From: Camelus ferus
Lineage: Eukaryota
Length of the DNA: 64,000 bases
Direction of reading: 5' to 3'
Assembly: GCF_009834535.1 (NCBI RefSeq)
Contig: NC_045716.1
Location: 28,458,001 to 28,522,000, forward strand
Of the stretch, positions 11,901-23,500 are shown one piece after another. The number at the start of each line of letters is the position of its first letter. The first letter of the stretch is position 1. Below the pieces are notes generated by a model that made no database searches, had not been told where the DNA came from, and saw nothing but the letters and a program-made list of their open reading frames with translations. Both the position numbers and the translations under genes were made by a program.

Positions 11901-14900
11901 ACGAGACTTGTTCCAGAGTCGGGAGGAAATCACCACCATGGTGGGTCCTGTTGGAAAGGGCGGCTGACCGAGCCCTGAGGGAGCGGCCTGAGGCCTCGTG
12001 TTCGGGTCAGCTCCGTGGCACGTTGCAGAAATAGTTTATCCACTATTTCAGTTTTCTTGAGGTTAAGGAGAGACCCTATTTTCTGCCAAACTAAGAATTT
12101 TTAAGTCAAAACTGTAAAAAGTGAAGAACGAGGCAGGTTGCACCATTTCTCGTGTAACTGTCAGGTGTCGGAACCGTTTGCTCTCCTAATAGTAAACAGC
12201 TCTGTAAAACCTTGCATAACGAGTTTTCTGTCTCTGCCTTTGACTTCCAGTTGTGCTGGAGAATCATGTCGTGACAGACGACGATGAGCCAGCTTTGAAA
12301 CGCCAGCGGCTAGAGATCAGCTGCCAGGACCCGTCCATAAAGGTATGGGTGTGGGGGTGTGTCCTTACCCGTGTCTCCTCGGGGCCTCCAGGGCCGCCGG
12401 GGCAGCGCAGCGCGTCGGGGCTCACAGCAGGAGGGCTGCTCTCCCAGCCCCGGCGCCAGACGTCTGAGACCAGGATGTCGCAGGGCCACTGCGTCCCCTC
12501 CAGGGGCCCTGCGGGAGGGTCCTTCCCGCCTCCTCCCGCTCCCGGGGGTCCAGGCGTCCTGGGCCTGTGGCTGCATCACTTAGGTCTCTGCCTTCGTCTG
12601 CATGTGGGCTCTCCTCTATGCCTGTGTCTCCTCTTCTGTCTCTTACGAGGACAGTCTCACTGGATTTAGGGCCGCCCTAACCTAGAATGTGCTCCCTCTG
12701 TGTTCCCGTAGACTCACAGCCAAGCTGGCAGCAGTGGGAGGCGCATCGGGTGTGTGACCTGGTCCTTGGGTTTGCAGCCACGCGTGTCCCTGTGATGGGC
12801 GGGGGCTGGCGAGGCTGCTCTCTCCATGGCCACTAGGTGGCAGGCGTGCTGTTCCCACACGCAGGACCCTCGCCAACACATGCGGGCAGGTTTCCGGGCC
12901 CTTTTGGGTGTTAGGTGGAATCTGTTTTCGTAGTTAGGAAGCCTTGACCAGGTGTATGTGTAAGTTTACTGATTAATAGAATCATATCCTGAAGACCACC
13001 TAAGTTTTGTGTCCGTGGACTTCAGTGTGACTTAGAACCGCAGCCACACGGAGAAGAAGCACGAGTGAGCAGTCACGTTTTACATGCGGAGGCTGAGCTC
13101 GTTCCCTGGCGCGTTCCTGGCTTGCACCTGAGGGGCCGCCGTGCAGGGCTGTGCAGCTGGGACAGGAGCGGCTGCTGCTTGGAACTGTCTCCTAATGGTC
13201 ACGACTCCTTTCTGAAGCTTTTCTTCTCTTCACTGCCAGTCATTCCTGTACTCCATCAACCAGACTATCTGCTTGCGACTGGACAACATCGAGGCCAAGC
13301 TGCACGCGCTCGAGGCCACTTGTAAGTCACTGGAGGAGAAGCTGGACCTGGTCACCAACAAGCAGCACAGCCCCATCCAGGTGCCCATGGTGGCGGGCTC
13401 GCCACTCGGCGCCACCCAGACGTGCAACAAAGTGCGATGGTAAGAGCGGGCACTGGGCTCGCTGTGCCGCACTTTCAGGGAAGTCTGCTGGGTGGCTTGG
13501 GGTCCTCGCGTTTTCTTTGTGCGTCCTTCCTTTGGGACCAGCCCACCGGGGCTTTGAAGCCGTGCATGTCTCTTCTCTCCTTCTGTCCGTCTGGCTGGTC
13601 TTGAGATACTTTTTCTTCATAGGTGGTGTTTACAAATCTCCTGAGCACGTCACACTTCCCACCCGTGTCCGCACTTTCTGTTGTGCTGTTCTCCCCGTGT
13701 GGAGCCGAGCCGGGGCGAGTTGTGCCGGAGCTCAGGTTCTGCTTGTGCTGAAGCTCCGTGGAGCGTGTGGTCCGATGGGGCTGGCTGATCTTCCACCTGA
13801 GTGCGTGTCCTCGTCCAGGGCGCGGTCAGGTGCCCTTCCCGGGACAGACCCCGTCGGTCCTGTTGGCCTTCCCATCCTTTCCCACACGGGCTACGAAGAC
13901 GTGTTGTTTGTGGCGGTGGCAGCATTTGTCCTTGCACTTGATGGGAGCTTGGGGCGCTGTTACCGAGGGTCTTCTGTGGGGTCTCTGGGCTGCCTGCTGC
14001 CGCCTGGCCAGTGTCTGTGTGGGGCAAGGGCGGTGGGGCTCAGGAGTGGGAGCCAAGGGGCCGGGGGCCAGCAGCCAGCCTGCTCCCACGTCTGCCGAGT
14101 GCTCCAGGGACAGGGCAGCGTTAGGGCCTTGCGGACATGCCTCAGTGTCGCAGTGGCCGCCTGTCCTGGTCTGTCTGAGACAGCCGTGGGTGACGCCTCC
14201 TTTAACTCTCAGATATGCCCTGGTGTGTTTGAGACACCGCGTGGCCCCTGCTCTGTAGCTGGGAGGGGGACCCCAGGGCCTCTGTCCCCAGAGGGAAGGC
14301 CGGTGGTCCGTGGTGCTTCTCCCTGTGTTTAGTCCGTGTCCTGACAGGTCAGCCGTGTTTCTCCTGGTGAACATTTGTGGAGCCTGTCAGGAGGCTCAGG
14401 CCTAGCAGCACCAATGCCTTTTTTAAAGAATAAATTTTTTGTAATGCACTCTTGTCCTGAAATGTAATGTTTAGAGACTATACTTCATACATAAAAATTT
14501 AATGTAATGCCTTAACTGTAACGTAAGGAGAAATAAAAGGATAGAAATAAAATGCATGAAATAAAATAATATGCATTCTGACACGTAAGTGTTTGGGTGA
14601 ACTACGTGGGGAGGCAGTGAATTGGCCAGACCTCCCGTGTCAGACCGGGAGGGCTGTCACCTGGGGACTCAGGTACCAGTTAGCGATAGAATATTACAAA
14701 AGGAGCAATTCTCAGTGACGTTTCCAATAAAGCAAAGTATAATTTTTTCTAGACTCAAACAGTTGAATTCCTGGAAAACGCATGTTATATTAAAACTTTC
14801 CAAAAGTATTTTGTGTGTCAGTGTGGACTGGGGTAAGATTCTGGGCTCAGAGAGTCAGAAGCATGTTTTTCACTCGCATGAATGTCTGTGACATTGGAAA

Positions 14901-17900
14901 CCTGCGGGAAGATTTGCTGGTGGGGAGGCTGTCCTGTGCCTTGAAGGCTCTCAGCCACCTTGGCCTCTGCCTGTAAAACCGGTGGCTCGTAGGTGTAGCC
15001 AGGTGTGTCGCCGGGGCAGCGGCCTGCGAGCTGCTGTTCTGAGGTGAGACGAGAGTGGAGGACAGGCCTCCTGCCCTGAGCGAGGCGGCCCTCCTGCTGG
15101 TGTGGCCTCTGTCCGTCACCTGAGTTTGGAGGAGGTGATTTCAGGAGCTGGGGACAGGCTGACAAAGCCCCCCTGCTGGGGCCCCGCCGCCGGTGATCCG
15201 TGCCGCACCCGTCAGCTCAGGCGCGAGGACGCGTCTGCGGGGCTGGAGGTGCCACTGCGGCTGCGCCCGGGCCGCGGGGTCCTGGTGCCGGGCTCCCTGC
15301 GGGTCGGGTCCCAGGAGGAGGCCAGGCCTCCGCTCGCAGGCCGCCCTGTTTGACGCCGGCGGGTGAGGGGGCCAAGTTGCACAGTTGTGCTGAATCTCAG
15401 GTTTGTCTCCCCGTCTTTATAAAAGGACCAGAAGGGGCAGGTTTGCTGGGCCTGCGGCCCTGGCTCCTACAGGCCAGGCACGGACCCGCCCGTGGCCCAC
15501 GCTGCGCCTTCTGGGGGCCACGTCCTGACTTGTGGGCCACGTCCCTTTGGGGTCACTTGTCTGGTGAGGGGGCTGCTCGCTTGGGTGAAGGCATTTCCAG
15601 CTGCAGGGCGCCCATCCCTCTCCAGTGACCGTGGGCTCACGGGGGACACGTGAGCAACTTCCCCGGTCAGGCCCCACCCCCGCCAGGGAGACGCTGTCTG
15701 CAAGGACAGACCAGCCTGCGTGGTGTCCTCCCCGTGCGCTGACAGGTGGTAAAATAGGAGTCGGGTGTGCCAACACGGACTCAGGCTGTAATCCGGTTCA
15801 TCTAAGTCCGTTAGGTTTTCTGATTTTAAAGATCCACGTTGTGATGTAAAATCAGCCCCTTATAGAACACGCTTACTGTTTATCGGCACACCGATTACTA
15901 GCACTGCTAAGAAAACTGTTACTTACATGAGTTATCATGGGATTAATAGAAGGAAAGGGCGTTCCTCCCTTTTCTCATAGGTATGGTTTTAAACAGGCTG
16001 GGTATGAGTGATTTTTTAAAGATGCTAAATCTGGCATTTCTCTCCACACAACTTCTGAAAATGAGAATAAAAATTACCAACAATTGAAAGCTGTTAACAA
16101 GAAAATTTGGGGAGAAGTAAAGGATAAGAATTTAATCCTAGTATATCAGTGAAAAAATTGTGTATTTAAATCAGAAAACTACTACTTTGTAAACACTGAA
16201 GTAAATGAGAATTGTGTGTCTTGTGTGGGCAGTGAAACACAGAAAAGAAAGTCTCCAAAAACAATTAAAAATTGGTTAACATTCTGAGTAATAAGGTACT
16301 TCTACAAGTTCTTTGTTTTGGGCCTCAGATATTTAAAATAGAAACTAGAAGTGTGTAGATCCTAGATTACTTTACATCCAAATCCTATGCTTTAAACGTA
16401 GCTTACGATTCCTTGGCCCCGTTTGGTGTTCGCTGAGAGTTGAAAGTGTGAGTGTGTTCTCACGGTGTAGATGGGGGCGACCCTGAAGGGCTTTTCGGTT
16501 GTAAGGAAGACCCTTGATGGTGGATGAGAAGTCATCCGTGAAGCACCACTCGCCTTCCACTTGGAGAGGCCGCACCTGGCCCGGAGCCAGCTCTGCAGCT
16601 GTGGGACGCACAGCTGCACCCCTCTCGGCGCACCGGAATCCGCTCACCTGCTGGTTGTTCCTGATTAAAACTGGCCGGACTAGACTCTGCTCTCAGCTCT
16701 CAGTTAGTTACTTGTTCTCTTGAATCCCTGGAGCACAGAAGACAGTGGGCTGCTGCCAGCCTCAGCTGGCATTTTGGATCCAGATTTCCAGATTCTGCAC
16801 CTGAATGAAATTCTTTAAATAAATTCAAGAAGAAAGAAGAGAAGGAAAGAAAACCTTTTTCTTTGGCGCCGTGTTTGCGAGGTTACCTGGATGGGCTTTC
16901 ATCTGACAGTGGTGCTCTCCTTCGGGAGCAGGAAAGAGGACTTGACTTCTGCTAGCTGGGTGCTTTCTCCCTTGCGAGCGCACCGGCGCCGTGAATTTGG
17001 GTCTTGCTTCGCTGTGATTCCAAGTGTAGTGATGTGAGGTTTCAACTCCAGAGCTGTTTCACCTTGACACTGGAGGTGGTGGGTGCAGAAGCTTCCCTTG
17101 CCGAGCTGCGGACGCCTGGAGGGTGGCTCAGCCGTTAAGTGCCGGCTGCGAGCATTTCAGGAGTGGCCTGTGTTGTTTTGCGTGCACTGAAGGGATTGGG
17201 TGTGGAGTAAAGTAAAACCCCCTTTTCTGCACTTCTTTGAGGCCAGGTGCAGTCATTTGAGGAATGTGCAATAGGCAGGACAGAACTGAGCCCTGCGATG
17301 CCCGCCGGACAGCCGGCGGGAGGGCCCGTGTACAGGCGGAGATCGGGAGAGGTGCCCCCTGCCCGGCGGGCCCGCGTGGAGCCCGGCTGTTTGGTGTCAC
17401 ACGGTGACGCAGAGCCAGCTGTTCGGGGTTTGTTTTAATTAACTGAACGTAGCTGATGAACTCAAAGAATGCTTGTGTTTCTTAGTTTTAAAAGCAATCG
17501 ATTTTTATTCTCTTTATTTTTCAGTGTACATATGCTTTATTTTTATTGAGGTGTAATTGACATGTAAGCGATTTTTATTTTTAAAAGCTTAAAAACTTCT
17601 TTTAAAGCTTTAATATGTTTCTGCAATTTTAAAACAATTGTAATGACTCAGAGGCTTCTTGATAATACTCAAAATGAGAAACAGAAGTGATTCAGGTTCT
17701 TTTGCAGTTTTTCTTGCAGAGAGATGTGTCATGTAAGATGTATGGGGGGGGAACATCTTCATCTTTGTTTTTCTCTAAACCAGTTACGCGCCCACAGAGA
17801 ATTGAGCTATTTGATCAAGAAATTATTTAAATTCCCCATAATAGGCTGATTGCTGATCCTCAGTTTTATTTCCCAGAGGATCTTTTTTTTAAAAAAAGGT

Positions 17901-20900
17901 TGATGGATGTTTGTGGAAAGGCTGGTCTGGTTTTTTGAGCCCTCCTGGCTCCTGGGTCGAGAGGCCTCCTCCGGGGCGTCTCTTCTCTGGCAGCGCCGAA
18001 CCACGGTCTTGGCCGGGTACCCAGTGTTCAGTCCCCAGTCAGAAGTGCAGTGTTTCATGGGCTTCAGACGATGACAAACTCAAGATCGGGCTGTTTGAAT
18101 TGTGAAGAGGTAGTTTGGTCTTAGCTGTGACGAACTGGTTTCCGACTTTCCTTACCAAATTCTGAGTTTTGGTGTTTGCATTTAGTTTTGTGTACACACG
18201 GTTTCCTTTCCTGACTGGTCTGTATGGGCTGGCACAGCTCTCCACTTCTGGTGACCTAGTGATGACACCCTGTGCATGTCAGGGCTGCTGACCAGAGAAG
18301 ACATGCCGTTCGCGTGCATACACACAGCTTCGGGGACGGTACTTCTGATGGCTCAGAGACGCCGTCTGATAACCGAGGCGGATGTCGTCAGCTTTAATAG
18401 ACCGTGCCCCTTCTGGTTTCAGGCCCGCTCGATCCTCAGGACTGGGATTGCGCTGGGTCTGAAGGTGACCTCGGAGAGGACGGCTGTGCTCACAGCACCG
18501 AGCCTCTGCTCCACGGCGTGGCGCCCCTCTCAGTGTGCCTTGTGGTTCCCACTGTGAAGCTCGTACACGAGTTTTCCGAGGCTCGTCTCCAGGCGTGGCA
18601 CTCTCGGCGCTGCCGTGAGTGGTGGTGTGCTCTGAGTGCCGGTTTACGGCTGCCCGGTGGGGCGTGCAGAGAGGCAGTGGGTTTTCTCTGCCGACCTTTG
18701 TGCTGCCTTGTTTCTAAACCCACTTGTTTTAGGCCTTTTCTCTAGGGAGTTTTAAAAGCTCTGCTTCCTGTCGGATTTCTGCACCTTTGCTTACTCTGCT
18801 GCTCCGGGCAGGGCCGCCGCTTCAGCGTCCGCTTCAGAAAACACCTCTGCCTTGTCTCTCACCTGAGTGGCAGCATCGAGCCTCCCGCCGCTAGGTGTGA
18901 GGTGAGCTGGGCAGTCTTCACGGCTGCTGTTTGTCAGGAGAGGAGGCTCCCCTCGCCTCCTTGCCTTGTGAGAGCGTCCGTGCTGAGCAGGCGCGGAGCT
19001 TGTACGTGCTGTGACGTGTGTCCTTGGGATGATGGTTTGGCCCTCCTGTTGGTGCTGTTGCTGCGGTGAGTCACCCTGACTGATCCCGGGCAGGAAGGCG
19101 GCCTTGCGTCTCTGCTGCCGCAGCCTGGCTTGGTCACGGGGGGGTCCCCTTTTGTGTGTCTCTGCGCTGGTTTTGCGTGCACCTGGTCCAGGGTTCCACA
19201 TCTCTGTTCACGGGCCGTGTGCGTCTGTAGCTCTCTTTTTTGACACGTCTGCTTTGTTGTTGGGGTGACAGCCTCAGAGTGAGCTGGGGGGCCGCCCTCT
19301 CCGTCCGTCTGCGAGCGTCTCTGTGGGGCCAGTTCCACCTCTCCCCTCCGCGCCTGGTGGGGCCGCCGGCGAGGCCGGCTGGGCCTGGGCTTCCACCATG
19401 AACTCGGCCTCTGTCACGGATGCGGGGCTTTAGTAAATGGCGTTTTCAGGTCGGTGTTGTTGGATGTGCCCCCTCGGGAGAGTCCTTGTCATCGAGTCTG
19501 GGGTTTTTCAGCATCGTGTCCCCTCTCAGGTGTCAGTGAGTCCACAGGATGCTCTGGCCGAGTCTCCTCTGGCCTGGGCGTTTTCCCAGACCCCCTTTTC
19601 TAGGTCTTTCTGAGGAGCACGGCGTAGGTGCTTGCTGGGAGCCCCTGGCTGGGGTCAGCCCAGTGCGTCTCTCGTGGTGGGCGTGGGGGGCAGACCACGG
19701 GTGCAGCTGTCCTGGGGCTCGTGGACGTGCGGGCCAGGTGTGCTCGCGGGGCAGGGGAGCCCGCCGGCCGCAGTCCCTGGGGCTCCCGCCCCTTCGTCCC
19801 CACCTGTAGTCCAGGCCCCTACACGAGGTGGACTCGTGTCTGTGTTGGGCTTTGGGTTGAGCCCAGTGCTGTGTGTAGCTCACTGGCCGGGTCTGGTGAT
19901 GGGGGCACTCCCCGGGGCCCCCCGGCCTGTGCCCCCTGGCCTGTGCCCCCCGGCCTGTCCCCTGCAGGGTTCGGTTTGGTTGGAGCACTTACGGCCTTTC
20001 TGGTCTGCACGGTCCTCGAGGTGCCACCTCTGCCTTCGCTGGGAGCGGCTGTCAGAGCGGAGGTGCGGCGCTGGGGTCTTGCGGCCCTGGGGTCCCTCTG
20101 TGCTGCAGCTGTGCGTCCGCCCCTTGTCCTGGGTCGCGTTCCGTCGCTCCTGGGAGGAGGGGGAGGAGGAACACTCTGCTCCTCTCTGGCTTCACCCTCA
20201 GAATCCGTCCTGTACCCCACTGGCTTCGGCAGGGGGTTGGGTGGGGGTGATGGGGTCAGAGGGTGCGCCTTCCACACCCTGTCCGCTCCATGCAGCTAGT
20301 GTTTGAGGTCTGTCGCAGTGGGGCACCCCATTTTTCTGGTGCATTGGTTTTTGGGGGCAGTTGGGAGCTGATCTTACACTGTATTTTGCTTGTCTCGCTG
20401 GTTACTGGAAAGAAATTCTGATGCTAATTTAGTCTCATCCCTATGAGTGCTGTTTTGGATCCTGGTTTTTGTGACCTTTGGCTCTTTAACCTGCAAGCAT
20501 TAGAAATAAACCCTTTAAAACAAGCGTTAGCAACTTTTCAGATGCTGGGCGTGTTGGTCGGGGCGCCTGAGCTGCTGCAGCGGAGGGGCCCCAAGGCCAT
20601 AGTTTGCCTCTCGCTCGCGTTTGTGGTGTCCTGTGGCCTTTCTGGCCCCCACACGCTCTCCCCGTGTGGCCGTGAGGCCCTGAGCCTCCCGTCCGTGCTC
20701 TGCTACTCCCTGAGGCCCCCAGTGTCTGTGAACTCCGGCTACCTTTCCACGGAGGGGGACGGGGAAATACAGCCTGGCTGTGTGGTGGCTCCCAGAACAG
20801 GACCACCTATGGAAGGGGGCAGGGGGTCACGGTGGACCCCAGTCTGTCTCCTCTCAGGTGTGAGGACAGGTCACATGGTTTTATTGTTTCCCTGAGGATT

Positions 20901-23468
20901 GCTACCCCATATCCTGCGTACTTTTTTTTTCTCTTGTTGAAACCCCAAGACTGGTAAACAATTCTGTTTTTTAAAGCACATTACACTGAACACCGTTTCT
21001 TGTTTTATCATGACCCACGTTCTTGTGTGTCATGCGGGAGAGTAACTGTGAAAGCTGGTGGGAGGACATGTACCTTGGGAGCAAGTATCGGTGGCATTTT
21101 CTCATAAAAAGAAAACAGAATGACTTGAGATTCTTGCTAGCTTGTTTTTGTCAATAGAGGTTCTCATAAAAATTAGAAAATCAATATAGCATCAGATTTC
21201 CCAAACCAAACCAGGTGAGTAATCATTTTGAACTGCAGGCCGGTCTCAGGATACAATGTAGTGGGGCCCCCTGCAGGTGGACGGGAGGCAGCAGCTTTTT
21301 CGGGTGTTTCCCAGTGTTCTGCTGGGGCTCATGCCCCAGCACGGGAAGCACCGTTGGGCGACACTGTGTGAACAGACGTCACACCTGACGTGACTGCCTC
21401 ACATGGGTGCTGGCAGAAATAATAAACAGTCCGTGACCAGGATAGAAAGAGAGTTTTATTTGAGCCAAACTGAGGACGACAGCCCGGGAGACACCTCTCA
21501 GGTCACTCCGAGGAGCTGCTTTGCAGAAGCTGGGTTTTCTGCATAGATTTATGTCTTGTCAGAACAAAGAACACCCAGCAAGTCAGGGATGCATCCCCTC
21601 AAGATTTCAGAAAAAGCAGAGAACGTTCACTGAGAGTCAGGGCGGCCCTGGCGCCGTGAAGGGCACCTCCTCGTGGGAGGAGCCCCGGCACTGGCGTCCT
21701 GGGAAGGGGTGTCGCGTCTTCATTTCCAACACGACCTCCTTTGCTCCTGGTCAGGGCGCCCTTTTCTTCAGTAATTAGAGCAGGTGCACAGTGCATGTTG
21801 GATCGGCCACAAACGGGCTGTTCTTATTGACACGGGGTGGTGGTGAACGCACGGGTCTCAGCGTATGAGCATCTTTTTGATCCCAGGAGTGGGGGGAGGA
21901 CGTGCCATTGCCCAGTTCTGGGGGGCAGTTCAGTCCCCAGTCAGCACTGGAGGCAGGCTCTGGCGCTGGTTGGGGTTCAGACTGACCCCCTCACCGAGCT
22001 GCGCGGTGGGTTTGGAAATAGACCTGCAGAGATGCCGACTAGATTCCGCAAAGTGCGGAGTCATCGGAGGAAGGGAGGGAGGACAGGAGGTGCTGAAGCG
22101 GTTGGCCTCCAAGAGCAGAGTGAGAGGCGTAACCCCGAGGAGACCTCACGCCTGAGCAGAGAGGAATTTTAAACGGATCACAGATTTCAGCGTACGATGT
22201 AAAACTATAAAACTTTCAGATGAAAACAGAGGGGAGAACCTTTGGGACCTGGAGCCAGGCAGAGACTTCCCAGACTTCCCAGCCGAAGCACCGTCCCCGC
22301 ATGCATGCATGCTTGTACACGCGCACACACATGCACGCACACACGCAGGTAAATTGGACGGATCAGGATTGAAAACTGATGCCTGTGAAAGACCTGCCAG
22401 GAGGGAAAGACAAGAAGCAGACGAGACGGTGTCAGCAAGCCGCGCCTCTGCGGAGGACAGGGAGGTCGTCTCAAGTAAGGAACCCTTGAACCTCAACGGT
22501 GGAAAACCAGATGGTCCAGTTAGAAAGTCAGAAAAAGCAGAGTGTTTGACCAGAGTGAGAATCCATGTGGAAGGCTGTCCAGCATTGCTGGCCTTCAGGA
22601 CTAAAACCGTGATGAGATGGCACCCCGGCCCGTCAGAGGCTAAATGACAGTGACATCACAGATGCCACCTGGGCCGTGGCTGGTGGGCACGCCTGATGGG
22701 GCCGAGGCTCTGGAAATAGGTGGGAAGGATCTCATGAAGTCATAGTGTCCTCACCGCGTGGCCCTGCAAGCTCGTTCTGGGGCGTTTATCCCAGAGAAGT
22801 GGACGCTCATGTTCACACAAAACCTCCACGTGAGTGTCCATGGCAGCTTTGTTTACAAGAACCACACCCTGCAAACACCCGAGGCCCCTCCGGGGGTGAA
22901 AGGTTCAGCAGACTGGGGCGGCGCCCCGAAACAAATGCTCGGGCCACAGAAACAGCAAACCCGCGGCGCCGCCCCAGGGGTCTCCACAGGGGGCGTCTCC
23001 AAGGTCACGTGCTGCGTGCCTCCACCCCTGTGACGGCCTCCAGGTGTCAGAGTGGTGGGGGGACAGGTTAGTGGCTGCGGGGACGCGCAGGGTGGGTGTC
23101 CACAGGGGCCCAAGGCCGCTCCTCGGCGGCGGTGGGGCAGTGGCTCAGGTGCACACGCGCGGGGAACCCACACGCGCACACTTGTGGGAGCGTGCAGAGA
23201 CTGCTGGCACAGGTGCACGCAGGAGGGGAGAGCGCACAGAAGCGCATGTGTGCGCTCACAGGGACGAGACCTGGACGAGGCTGGGCTCTCGGTGGCCGCG
23301 TTGTCCCCGGGTCACTTTCTTGCTCTTGCTATTGTGCTGCAGTTTACACGGGATTCCCCGTCGGGGACACAGGACTCTGTACATTCCCATGGGTCTGTAA
23401 TTACTGCAAGATGTGTCTGTCAGGGTTCCGCCAGAGAAGCAGAACCAGTAAGGGATAGGTGTGTTTGT

Positions 23469-23500
<32 letters not shown>

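Noticed and set aside
15850-16340. AT-rich block as a matrix-attachment region
   Set aside because: AT-richness alone is not diagnostic, and it may be an old repeat remnant.
17108-17150. ggacgcctggagggtggctcagccgttaagtgcc resembling a tRNA-SINE head
   Set aside because: No B box, body or tail follows; too short to call.
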